From NCBI RefSeq assembly GCF_963921235.1, contig NC_086097.1, positions 162,566,001-162,630,000 of the forward strand: 64,000 nt of DNA, written 5' to 3'. Of this stretch, positions 49,873 through 61,826 are shown in pieces. A program made the position numbers and the translations under genes. The notes beneath the pieces were generated by a model, which saw only the letters and a program-made list of their open reading frames with translations, was not told the origin of the DNA and searched no databases. The DNA comes from Mobula hypostoma (lineage: Eukaryota). The first letter of the stretch is position 1; every line of letters starts with the position of its first letter.

Positions 49873-51401
49873 GTTAAGATTTATAACTGGGACTACATCT
49901 CAAGTGGCATTTTTGAAATTGAATTCCCTAGCTTCGTTTGGGCCATTTGAGAGAAAGCTGGAGGGCAACAATTCCAGAGTCAGTCACCCTTCCCAAAACC
50001 AGTTTTAAACATGCAAAATGAGACATCAGAAGTTGAGGGACTTGCATTGAGAGAGAGTGTTGTATGTTTGCTCTGGGCGGTTAACACAAAGCACAAAACA
50101 GCTAATGAGATTAAAATAAGGAAATGATTGTCCTTTTTCAGAAGGAAAGACGCACACATAATTACATAAATCACTTTTATAGCACAGTGTCATGCCCTTG
50201 GTTAAAATAATGTGTGGCCTTGTGCATCTTCTTTAAACAAAGAAGTTTTCCAAAACATATATCTGAAATTCATATTTAATTTGTTTCCATTTCCACTGTA
50301 TGTTTGTTAGATAAAATAATGCAAAAGACATTGGGATATGTACCATCAAAAAAATGAAAATCTTGAATTTTTTTCAATAATTTTAGAATTAAATGGAGCT
50401 GGGCATAAAAGTGTCTTGTCAATTTTAAAAGAAACAGTGTGACTGATTTAATCTCTCAGTTGTTACAGGGTATGATTCTGTTGAATTAAAGAGGAGGTAT
50501 GCTTAACTGAACAGCTTAGTTCAATGAATCGGTTTGTTGCAAAGTTGCCCTGTGTAATTGGAAAACAGGATCTAGAAGTATTTGTCCTCCGATTATCAGT
50601 TCTTAAAATAGTAGCTGTGTTGTACATGATTTGATTTCCAAGACAGGAAACTTAATATCTTTCTGATTTGCTAGCTCAGAGAAATGTCTCAAAGCAAGAC
50701 GGTCTTGTTCTTTTGGGAGACCTTGTGACTCGACAGTGATATCGCAGTGTGCAGGATTAGTGGTTTTTGTGGAGCAGATGCATTAAGACCGCTGTTTAAG
50801 CTCTCTGGACTGTGTAAGTCTTTGAAGGAAATTTCATTTTTATTTAGATTAGAAGCTTGAGTGTTAGCCAACCCTTCCTCACCAACTTTCACTTACATGT
50901 TTTTGTTTAAAGGTTTTTCTTATTTCAGTAAGGGCAGACTTTACATTCTGTTTGTAGACTGTGAAAGAAAAATAATGACTAACTGTTAGGTATGATTGAG
51001 GAGAGAGTTGTCTTTTATAGTTGTCTTAGGCTGCAGTTAAAGTTTTCTTAAACTGCAGCTTGAAATTCGAAGATGATTTGATTTATTGGGACCTCTCCCA
51101 TTTAAAGTCACAGTAGTTGTTTTAAAACTGGAACTTGCTCCCGGTATGCTTGATAAAAGCTGTTAAGCGTTTTGGAAGAAAACACTGGAAGAAAAATAAT
51201 TTATTAGGCTGTAGGGAAAGCTGATGAATGGGATGGGATAAATTGTTCAACAGGAATCCAACATGCACTTGACTGGCCAAATGACCAGTCCCTGAGCTGT
51301 AATGATGCTATGAATAATTAAGCTGACCCATCCCGATTCTTCCATTTTAAGAATACCTCCCATTGGTATTTACCTCTTTAAAGATAAATACCCTCTTTAC
51401 T

Positions 51402-51658
51402 AGACCCGGCTGGTGGTGTAGTGGCATCAGTGCCGGACTTCAGGACGAAAGGTCCGGAGTTCGAATCCAGCCAGCCCCCCTTTCCATCCGTGCTGGGTTA
51501 CGAGCTGGTGATCTCTTTGGAAACTCACCCGGCAGAAGGCAATGGCAAACCACGGCTGTAGCTTGCCTTGTACACGGTTCCCCACTATGTCGGAGAGGCG
51601 TGGAGGGAAATCGTCCACTAACCGGAGAAACTCCAGGTGCGATGTACCTTTCCTTTCC
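51402..51658 (+). mobile_element. tRNA-derived SINE with RTE/Bov-A-like body, 13-bp TSD
   Basis: A-box TGGTGTAGTGG, B-box GAGTTCGAATCC, body motif GAAGGCAATGGCAAACCAC...CTTGCC, and a (CCTTT)n tail. TSD TACCCTCTT[T/G]ACT at 51389-51401 and 51659-51671. Confidence 0.85.
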
Positions 51659-52481
51659 TACCCTCTTGACTGCAGACTGACTTGTTAGTTCATACAGCCC
51701 GCATTGGGCCTCCATTTCTTTGACACTAAAATACAGAATCCTGCCTTGATAGTCTTTACTTTGGAGAGAAATTGACCTGCATTGAGGAAATCATTTCTCA
51801 GCTTGTCTACTATTATATTTGCCCCATCCTTGACGACTTTATTTATTAGAAATGGCTATTATATCATGGTAGCACTGACTTTTTCTCACTCTTTCACTCT
51901 CTCCTTCATTTTGTTTTTGTGACTGTACTGTTTAGCAGGGCTCCATTTGTCCCCCTGCTTCTTTCCATTTCTATAACTGCAAGCTTAGTATTCGTTCATG
52001 TGTGGAGTTTATAGAAAAAAACCTTTACCTCTTGCTCTCGCATTAAGTGACTATCAATCAAATTTAGACTTGTTTAGTCTGAGTATGTGGATCTTAACTA
52101 TGTATTTGTCCTACATGAACAACATTATTCTGTTGAAGGTCTATTGTAGTGATAACAAACATCAGCTTCTGAAATTAATATTTGCAGGAATCTTAAGCAG
52201 TTAGGATGAAGCCAATGGTGGTTTAGAAGTAGGTTGGAGAGAAATGGGGGAAGGAGGGCACAGTTGAGGAAATGCGTCAGCTCGGGGAAATCTACTTGTC
52301 AGATTCTGCTTTATTCCCAAGACTCCCACTGCATTTTGGAGACCTAATTTGCAGAGATTTTCTAATTTGCTTTTGGCTTGTGTTTTGTCCAAATTTGCAG
52401 AGTAATAATGGAGACATTGGGAATATTATTGCAGCTGGAGCCCTGTTTCTGCTGATCTGGTTGAGTGGATATCAAAGACTT

Positions 52482-53240
52482 TTTAAAGTCAAAGTAAATT
52501 TATGGTCAAAATACATATATGTCACCATATTCCGCCTTGAGATTCATTTTCTTGCAGGCATTTACAGGAAAATAAAAATTACAGTGGAATTTATGAAAAA
52601 CTATAAATAAATACAACTAATGTGCAAAAGAAGACAAATTGTGCAAACAGAAAAATAAATAGTACTGAGAACATGGATTGTAGAATCCCTGGAGAGTGAA
52701 TCTGTTATGTTGTGGAATCATTTCAGAGTTAAAATGATTGGAGTCATCCACACCAATTCTGGAGCTGATTATTGTAGGATAGTAACTGTTCCTGAACCTG
52801 GTCATGGCTCCTGTGGCTCCTGGTTGATGTTCGTAGCAAGTAGAGAGCGTGGCCTGGATGGCAGGGTGTCCTTAAGGATGGATGTTGTTTTCTTGTAACA
52901 GCGCTCCTTGTAAATGTGCTCAGTGGTAGTGTGGTCTTTGCCTGTGATAGACAGAGTTGTATCCACCACTTTCTGTATGCTTTTCTGTAACAGAGCATTG
53001 ATGTTTCCATCCCAGGCTGGATGCAACCAGTCAGGAAACCTTCCACTGTATATCTATAGAAATTTTTCAAAGTTTTAGGTGACATGCTGAATGTATACGA
53101 ACTATTAAAAAAAATTAGAGGTGCTGTCGTGCCTCTGTTGTGATGGCAAATATGTACTGTTCCCGGGACAGATCCAAGGAATTTAAAATTACTGACCCTC
53201 TCCACCTCCAATCCCTGAATGAGGACTGGCTGGTGGACGT
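52482..53240 (-). mobile_element. Rex1/Babar-like LINE 3' fragment
   Basis: EVERVSNFKFLG...PKTLKNFYRYTVEGFLTGCI...TRFRNSYYP. Confidence 0.8.
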
Positions 53241-53464
53241 GTTTTAGATGGAAAGGTCTGTCCCGATTCCAGTAAATGCATTCCCTTGTGTCTCTACTGA
53301 ATTAATGCAAGTCTTTGTTTCCTTGTTTATTCATATTTTCTGACTTAGAGTCGGCCACTGTGTCTGTGTTGGCCCCCTCAATCCCATTCCCTCACTTGCT
53401 GCTTTCCTTGCATGTGATCAGGCCCAGCAACTTCCTTTCTTATTCTTCTGCTAGCCAGCTATAC

Positions 53465-53630
53465 CGGGGGCAAACTATGGGCGTCATTTAACCTACCGAC
53501 ATGACTTTGGGCTGAGGCAGAAAGTTGGAGCACCTGGAAGAAGGCTATGCAGTTTCAGAGAGAATGAGTACACTCCAGGTAGATAGCACCTGCGGTCCAG
53601 ATAGAGCCTTATGTCACTACAATGCTGCCC
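53465..53630 (-). mobile_element. Degenerate V-SINE
   Basis: + strand 'ttaacctacc...ggagcacctggaagaa...gagagaatgagtacactcc' is the reverse of the V-domain. Confidence 0.55.
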
Positions 53631-54374
53631 ATCAAATCTCAGCCTCCTTGCAGATGTGAGTGTGTGTGTGTTTCCGTGTGTCCGTCCGTCCGTCCGTCTG
53701 ACCCTGGGAACTTAATATATCAGCTACCTATTTGCTCAGACGTTCTCTGTCAGCTGGTTCCTTAAATGGAATGTTATAGGTCAAGATCTCTCAGCTTGTG
53801 ACCAGAATAAGATCAAACACTCCACCAGTGATTAGGTATCCACAGAGTTAAAGTACTGCTTTCTATGTGTTAGTTGCAATCACTTTTTTTCCATTGGTCA
53901 GTAATGTTTTTAGCTGAATTTTGCTAAAGCCCTATCTAACTCTTAATAAGCAAGACTGTTTCATCTTGCAGATCCATGCTGATGGCATTTCTTTAATGTG
54001 GTGGGTGGAATTAATGCTTGCATGTGATCTCGCCAACTAAAACAGTGATAATGGGGATGGAAAGGGGTTGGAGAAAGATATCAGGCTTTTGTGCCCTTGA
54101 GTTAATTTTCCATCAGTTTTCCATTATCAGCTCCAGTTCTATGCATGTTGCCACAGAAATGTTTAAGAGAATGTTGCCTTTTTTCAAAAAGATGATAGCT
54201 TTTAAAGGACTAGGTTTTCAACTCCATTTCTATTCCATTGCTGAATATGGAAAGGATTTTTTCATTTGCTATGGTTGCATATTGAGGTGGATCAGAAGCC
54301 CTTTCTCTCTAATGATGAGTTAATTTTACCCATTTAATATCGAACTAAAGATCTTGTGTGTAATGTATGGGACA

Positions 54375-55746
54375 GAGTCATAGAATTGTACGGCATTGAA
54401 ACAGGCCATTTGGCTCATAGCATCTATGCTGGCCATCAACCTATCTATACTAATCATACTTGCCTGCATTAATTCCATACCCTCTAATCTCTGCTAATTC
54501 AAGCACCTGTTCAGATGCCTCTGAAAGTTTATTGTTCCTGCCTCCTCCACCGCTGACAGATCCCTCTGATTACTAACTACTCTGTGTCAAATATTTATCC
54601 CTCAGATCCCCTTTTAAAGCTCCTCCCTCTCACCCTAAAACTGTGCTCTCTCATTTTAGACACTGCCCCCACCATGCTAAACAGACACTGGCCATCTAAC
54701 CTTTCAATACCCCTCATCATTTTATATACAGTCGGCCCTCCTTATCCGCGAGTTCCGCATGCGTGAATTCAACCAACCATGAATCAAGAAAACCCAGAAG
54801 TGCTCTTCCAGCACTTGTTGTTCGAGCATGTACAGACTTTTTTTCTTGTCATTATTCCCTAAGCAATGCAGTATTACAACTATTTTACATAGCATTTACA
54901 TTGTATTAGGTATTATAAATAATCTAGAGATGATTTAATGTATACGGGAGGACGTGCGTAGGTTATCGTGGATCGGGATTGATAAAAAATTGCAAGTTCT
55001 CTTACTAAGTCAGTCAGAACAGGTACATCCAGTATTATTTAGCGTCAGTTAGTCAAACATTTGTCTTAGTATATAGTATATATTTTACCTTTCTATGCAT
55101 GTAAAACACTTAAGAAATGTACATTTCAGCGCCGGGCTCAGGAACGCAAATTCCCGAGTTCGATCCAGTGACAGACCGCTCCCGAGCACGCTCTCCATCC
55201 ATGCCGGGTTGATGTAGAGGATCAAAAACCCAAAACCCAATAATTAAACCACTGTGTTGCTTAGTAATAATTGTAGCTTTCATCGGGCAGGGCTTTTCTC
55301 ACTTTCTCCTTTAACATTGTTCCGATTGTTGACCAACTGTAGCCTAACGCTTTTCCAATGACCGATGGCATTTCACCTCTTTCTGATCACTTTATTATTT
55401 CCACTTTATTTTAAATAGTGATTGTGATTATTTTCGTGAACAGAAATACTGTGGATTCAGAGCTCCGCCGCCGGGTCCTAATGTCCACCGCACTGAGACA
55501 GGTTAAATAAGGTCCGGGGTTCCGCTGGGTCTTAAGGTCCACCGCATTTAGACAGGTTGAATAAGGGACTTGAGCATCCGCATTTTTTGGTATCCGCGAG
55601 GGGTCCGGGAACCAATTCCTTGTGGATAAGGAGGGCCGACTGTACATTGATTATGTCACCTCTCAGTCAACTTGATTCTGCAGAAAACAGACCCAGCCAG
55701 CTTCTTGTAACTCAAGTTCTCTAATCCAAACAACACACTTGTGATT

Positions 55747-55787
<41 letters not shown>

Positions 55788-56185
55788 CTCGCTCTCTCCA
55801 TATGAGTTGTGATCAAAACGGTGCACAATACTCCATATGTGTCCTAACCAACATTTAGTACAACTGTAACATGACATTCTAACTCTCAGAGTCAGTACTT
55901 TGGCCCAAGAAGGCAAGCACACCATACTCCTTCCTCACCACTCTGTTCTGTGTTACCAATTCAGAGAACAGGCAATTTGTACCCAAGTTCTCTCTGTTCA
56001 ATAATAGCTCCCTGAGCCCTGCCATTCACTGTATGTTCTGTGCTGTTTTAACCTCGCAAAATTCATCTCTTCAAACTTGTCTGAGTTAAATCCCCTGTAC
56101 TAATCCTTTGCCCACTTTTCTGATTGATCAGTATCCTGTTGTACCTTTGGGCAACCTTCTTCACTTTCCATTATACCATCAACTT
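54375..56185 (-). mobile_element. Old CR1 fragment hosting the MER2-like MITE and a (CT)n tract
   Basis: CR1 tail 'gagtcatagaattgtacggcattgaaacaggcc' at 54376 and RT remnants to about 56185. (CT)n at 55750-55797. Confidence 0.65.
54729..55642. mobile_element. Tigger-family MITE, MER2-like, TA TSD
   Basis: Perfect 19-bp TIR CAGTCGGCCCTCCTTATCC, with TA at 54727-28 and 55643-44. A second copy starts at 63609. Confidence 0.9.
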
Positions 56186-56466
56186 TGTTGAAAACTGCAA
56201 AGAAGATGTTGTTCTCTTCAAGCAGACTCCAAATATCTGCAACTGAAGATACAGAAATAAAAAAAGAACTACTCATTAGGATATATCCTGAAGACTCTCA
56301 AGCCCAGTTTAGTTGCAGTGTTAGAAGATATGCAGCTGGACTCCTCCACACCATGAGAAACCTTTGTCCTTCAGTAACTGGTCCTGACAGATGCTTGACT
56401 GGATCACTAGGACGTCATGAATTTGTGGCTGGCTGGCATTGGTGGTAGAGAATGGAGGTGATTTGT

Positions 56467-56632
56467 AAATACAGGAGATTCTGCAGATGCTGGAAATCCA
56501 GAGAAATGCATACAAACATGCTGGAGGACTCAGTAGATCAGGTGTAGTCTATGGAAAGGAATAAACGGTCGACATTTCAGGCCGAGACCCGATGAAGGGT
56601 CTCCGCCTGAAACATTGACTGTTTATTCTTTA
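56467..56632. mobile_element. 166-bp fold-back PLE-tail element, imperfect 12-bp TSD
   Basis: Arms 'aaaggaataaacggtcgacatttcaggccgagaccc' and 'gggtctccgcctgaaacattgactgtttattcttt' around the loop GATGAA. TSD GAGG[T/A]GATTTGT at 56455-56466 and 56633-56644. Confidence 0.75.
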
Positions 56633-58293
56633 GAGGAGATTTGTGCCTGCCTCGGGCAATGTGGACTGAAACAATCAGATATTCGGGCAGCCCACCATTC
56701 CCACTGTTGAGCTCAGGCTGGAGGCCCAGTGTCAGGTCACTTGATGTTTAATTGTCCTCTTTTCGTTAACCCAATGATAATAATGAGAAGCTTATTGGTA
56801 AAGGAGAAATGGAAGATCAAGCTGGAGAAGTGGTGGAAGTTGTAGTTTACATGATATTGAGGGGGTAGAGTGAAGAGCAGGGTTGGAAAGTAGCAGTGGT
56901 TGGAAGAAAGTAGAGTTGGTGATTAAAGTGGTCAGCAGTGTACCAGTATGCTTTAAGAGTGAGGTCTACTGGTGCACCTCTTCTAGTATGCGTGTATTCT
57001 GGTGTTTTTTTTCATCTCTGGACTGCTGCGATCCCTGTAATAGCAGCTGGTGGCTATCTTTGATGCTGTGTATAAACCTGTTCTTTCTCTGTGTTTATCC
57101 AGTATAAGCCAGGCCTGGGCAGACATGTCTTGTTATCGGGGATTGGTGGAAGGAGGTGGTGGTCTGATGACAATAATTGTCAGACTTCAGCAGGAGTTAA
57201 GACCATTTTTTGACTTAGAAAAAAAATCATGATTCAGGTATATACATTGCAGGCTAATTTCTCATTGACCTTTAATATTATAGTTGAATTTTGTATTGAA
57301 TTCCACATTTCTGATTCATAATAAGTTGATGTCTGCCATATCTGAAGCATAGCTAGTTGCTCTGAGCATGGTTGACCCTCTAGCTCATAGGTTGTCATCC
57401 TGTGTTGCATGGTTTCTCCTGTAGGGGAAGTGAAAGAACATTGAAGTTAAAATGTGTAAAGTGTAATTGGGAAAGCAAATGACTATTACTCAATTAGAAG
57501 TAATGTGGAAAACAAAGGTATTGGAAAGGCTTTTGGGACAGTGCTTGTTGTCATGCACAGGAAATGCAAGTCATTCTCAAATGGGACACAGCAAAACTGC
57601 TTGTTTGGGAACTGCCAGAGATCAGTGCTTCTGGGGGTGAAGGATAGTAAAGAGAAGGAAAAATGCTCTTTAATTTAGAGTGTTTGGAAATTTAGGAATA
57701 AGTCAGTGAGCTGAATATTTCGTTAAAGGGTTTAGTTTCTGTAGTTTCATGTCTTTTGTTTCTGCATGACGAAGAGTCATTGGTGTGTGGAGTTTCTAGT
57801 TGTTTTCACAATGCTTGGTCAGTGAGATCAATTGTTAGCAGCTGTATTGTGTGAAACCCCTCGATGAGTTATTTCAATGAAATGGAAACCATAAAATCCT
57901 TTTTTCCCCCCCAAGTTGTAAATTACCTTATCAATCCAGCTCATATCTAAATTGTATTTCGATTTTAAACTTTCTGGAGGGATGTTTTGAAATTGGTGCA
58001 ATGTCCACATAATGATTAAATAGAATAGTATGTCTGAATAGAATTCTACAATATACCCAGTACTGTGGCCTTATGAGCAAATATGCCAAATGCCATCCTT
58101 ACTGCCCTGTCCACTTTTGTCATCATTTTCAGGGAGTTATCTGCTTGTACCCCAAGGCACAGCAGCAACCTTGAAGTCCTTGCTATAGGCTGGGTTTATC
58201 CTGTTAGTGTTTGATCTCACAAAGTGTGATGCTCACACTTGTCTGAATTAAATTCCGTTTACCCCCGCTCCACTCAACTTTCCAACTGTTCTA

Positions 58294-58361
58294 TAGTACT
58301 GTGCAAAAGCCTTAAGCACATTTTATACAGCTAGGGTGCCTAACACTTTCACACAATACTG
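58294..58361. mobile_element. 68-bp Tc1-like MITE, TA TSD
   Basis: TAGTACTGTGCAAAAGCCTTAAGCAC...GTGCCTAACACTTTCACACAATACTG, imperfect 26-bp TIRs with TA on both sides. Confidence 0.75.
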
Positions 58362-58639
58362 TATGTTCATCTGCCTCCTTGCTATCTACAACTCTACTGA
58401 TCTTTGTGTCGTCAGCAAACTTCCTTATCAGACTGCTTGGACATTCATGTATACATCACACAGCAATGGTTGCAGCACTGATCCCTCTGGTGCACTACTG
58501 CTAGTAGTGACTCTAGTTACTAATGACTCAGACTCCAGTGAGATAAACATCTCTTGTCTACTATCCTCTGCCTCCTATTACCAAACCAGTCTGGGAACAA
58601 AAAAAAACAGTAATCAAACTGCTAGAGGCTTCATCTGCA

Positions 58640-59000
58640 GAGGGAAATTAAGTGTTGTTGATTCAGGTCAAGATCCCTTCATCCAGACTGAAAGAGTAGA
58701 GGCTAGGGTGATGGCAGGTACAAGGAGGCGAGAGGAAGAGGCAGAGCTAAAACTGGCAAGTGATAGGTGGATCCAAGTATGGAGGGGTGGTAGGCAGATG
58801 TCTCTGTTTCCAGACACAAGCTGCGAGGTGAGAGATGGAGCTGACAAAGGGCTGCAGATGATGGATTCTGAAAGGAAAGGAAGGTAAATAATGGAGGTAG
58901 GATGGAAAGAATATGTGGGTTGTGGACAACTGTGAGAGAAGGGACTGGGGCTGGGTGTGTGTTGCAGGATCTGGGTAGACCAGAAGGAGAGAAAGGGGCT
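58640..59000 (-). mobile_element. Old PLE terminal-repeat fragment
   Basis: 'ttcaggtcaagatcccttcatccagactgaaag' (reverse hammerhead remnant) followed by the purine-rich reverse of the PLE repeat. Confidence 0.6.
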
Positions 59001-59069
59001 GAGAGTGAGCGCACCCAATTTCCCTCGGGATCAATAAAGTATATCTATCTATCCATCATTACATGAAAT

Positions 59070-60120
59070 TAAAATTATTTGGTTTATTCTTGTCACATGT
59101 ACTTGGGTACAGTGAAAAACTTGTCTGGAGTACTGTCCATACGAGTCAATTCATTGTAACAGTGTATTAAAGTAGTATAAGGTAAAATACACAGTGCAGA
59201 ATAAAGTTAAGAGAAGCTGCAGTGCAGGCAAACACTGGTCATAATGAGGTGGACCGTGAGGGTAAGAGTCCATATTATCATACCAGGGAACCATGCAATA
59301 GTCTTAAAACAGCAGAACTTGCCCTGATCCTGGTGATATGTGCTTTAAGCCATTTGTATCTTCTGTCTAATGGGAAGGAAGGGAAGTGAGAATGTCTGGG
59401 GTAGGATATGTCCTTGATTATGCTGGCTGTTCTACTGATGCAGTGAGAAGTATAGACAGAGAGACGGAGTCCATGGTGGGGAGGACTCCTGTGTGCTAAG
59501 CTGCGTTCCCAACTCTCTGCCTTGTTGGTGTACCTGTTTCAGGTGCTTTCTATCATACATTGATAACAAATTGGTGTGACTGATGAGGTTTCTTGGCTGT
59601 GGTGTTTACAAGATTGGATTACCGTCCTAGGAATTTGGAGCTCTCAGCCTTCTCAGACTCAGCACTGTTGTTGATGTAAGCAGGAGCATGTGCACCATCC
59701 TCTTCCCCCTTCCTATTTGGCTTTGCTGACATTGAGAGAAGAGTTGTTGCCATGACACCATGTCACTAGGTGTCTTTCCCCTTCCTGTCATCATTGTTTG
59801 AGATACAGCCCACTATAGTGGTGTCATCTGTAAAATAGTGATGGAGTGGGGGTAGAATCTGGCCATGCAGTCATGAGTATACAGGGAATAAGGGCTCAGT
59901 CTTGTGGGAACACCAGTGTTGAGAATATTTGTGGTGGACATGTTTCTGTCTATCCTTACTGGTTGTGGTCTAGTGGTCAGGAAATGAAGAGTCCATTGCA
60001 GAGGGAAGCATTGACTCCATGGGTCCAGAGTTTGCAGATGCGTTTGCTTGGATTATATATTGATGGTAGAGTTGTAGTCAATACACAATAGTCTAATGCA
60101 TGTCCAGATCCTCCATGGAT
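59070..60120 (-). mobile_element. Old Rex1/Babar-like LINE fragment
   Basis: Colinear with 21900-22740 ('gttgttgccatgacacca', 'gtggtgtcatctgtaaa'). The 3' end reads 'ggtttattcttgtcacatgtac' on the + strand. Confidence 0.6.
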
Positions 60121-61242
60121 AAGTATTGGAGATGGAAGTGGAAAATTCTGAGTTCTTGCTGCTGGTGTGCAGACTACCCAGGTGCAATATGAGGTGCTGT
60201 TCTAGTTTGCATTTGGCCTCAGCCAGGCAGTGGAGGAGGTATAGGTTGGTGGGAATGGGGAGGGGAATTAAAATGACTTGCTACCTAGACTCCAGGTGGC
60301 CATTACCTCTAGCTTTCTGAACCAGTCCACCGTGTGCAACTGTCAAAAGCTTTACTGAAGATTATGTAAAACACATCTACTCTGTCTTCATCAATTTTCT
60401 TTGATATGCTCTTCAATATTCAGAATATATTCAAGCTGTATTTAGCTTGTTCCTGAAATCGTAAGGAAGAGTTTAGAGATTTATTTGCATCTGAGTTGAT
60501 TTTTACTGTTTTCACTTTTAGTACACTTAACATTTGTAGAGTATATGAGGCACTTCTACTTTGAATGATATCTTAAAAAAGCAATTCGGGATGTTTAAAT
60601 CATTTTGCTAATTTTAGTAGGGACTCGACAATAAGGATAATTGTGGTCTGAACTGTTCAGCTTTAGGAAGTCTGAAAACAATGAAGTGCTTTAGAAAAGC
60701 TTTTTTTTTCATTGAATACCTCCTTTAAACCCAGATGACAGTACCCAAATCACCTTTGTCATACTGGGGCCCTTCATTGCCATGATGATGATTCTGGTTC
60801 CCCTGGGGATCACCGGAGTGTATCTGTAGGGACCATCTGGGTTTGGGTTTGTTTCTATGGTTTCAGAGTTGCTCTGGAAGTTCATTCAGTAATGAAGCTG
60901 CACAGATCAGGAAAGAATCATTAATCCCTTACCTACAGCCATTGTGTTGAAGAGGCAGCCTATGGAAATGCACTGAGGTCTTTAGAAAGGGAAGAAGGAA
61001 ATGGGTAATGAGAAATCCCTGTCCAAATACATTGGTTTCAGATATCACTGGAGGCTTCTGTACTTCCTGCCCAGTGATATATAAAATTATGACATGTTGA
61101 CTGCGGGCAGGTTGCCACAATCTTCTTGGGAACCTGAATGACTGAAGTCTGCTTGCAGCAAGTGGGTACCTGAGACTGCAGAGGCAAGAGGTTAACGATG
61201 TCAGGAAACACTTCCGCCAGTTGACAGCACAGGCCTTCACAC

Positions 61243-61372
61243 CTGTGAAGAAAGGTCTCGGCCCAAAAGCGTCGACTATTTTCTCTTTTCCACAGATGCT
61301 GTGTGACCTACTGAGTTTCTCCAACATTTTGTTTGTTGCTTTGGATTTCCAGCATCTGCAGATTTTCCGTGT
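61243..61372 (+). mobile_element. PLE terminal-repeat fragment with decayed hammerhead
   Basis: 'tgaagaaaggtctcggcccaaaagcgtcgact...ttccagcatctgcagatttt'. Confidence 0.7.
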
Positions 61373-61487
61373 TTGTGACAGGTCTTTGGCACTCAACCAG
61401 GTACGCTGCCTAGATCAGATGATTTTTGTGCATTCAGCTTCCTGAAGGATGCTCTCATGTCGGCCTCATTGGGGGCTGTGAGAGTTT

Positions 61488-61826
61488 AGAACAATAGAAC
61501 ACTACAGCACAGAAAACAGGCCATTCGGCCCTTCTAGTCTGTGCCGAAACTTTATTCCGCTAGTCCCATTGACTTGCACCCAGTCCATAACCCTCCAGAC
61601 CTCTCCCATCCATGTATCTATCCAATTTATTCTTAAAACTTAAGAGTGAGCACATCAGATGGCAGGCTCATTCCACACTCCCACTACTCTCTGAGTGAAG
61701 AAGTTCCCCCTAAACCTTTCTCCTTTCACCCTAAAGCCATGTCCTCTCATATTTATCTCTCCTAATCTCAGTGGAAAGAACCTACTCGCATTTACTCTGT
61801 CTGTACCCCTCATAATTTTGTAAACC
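61488..61826 (-). mobile_element. CR1 3' fragment (subfamily of 49330-49872)
   Basis: Near-exact reverse complement of about 49507-49866. Confidence 0.9.

Noticed and set aside
51405..51480. tRNA gene
   Set aside because: It has A and B boxes but is the head of a TSD-flanked SINE with a body and tail.
56760..57240. Possible very old PLE RT remnant on the minus strand
   Set aside because: Only vague similarity and no motif I can support.
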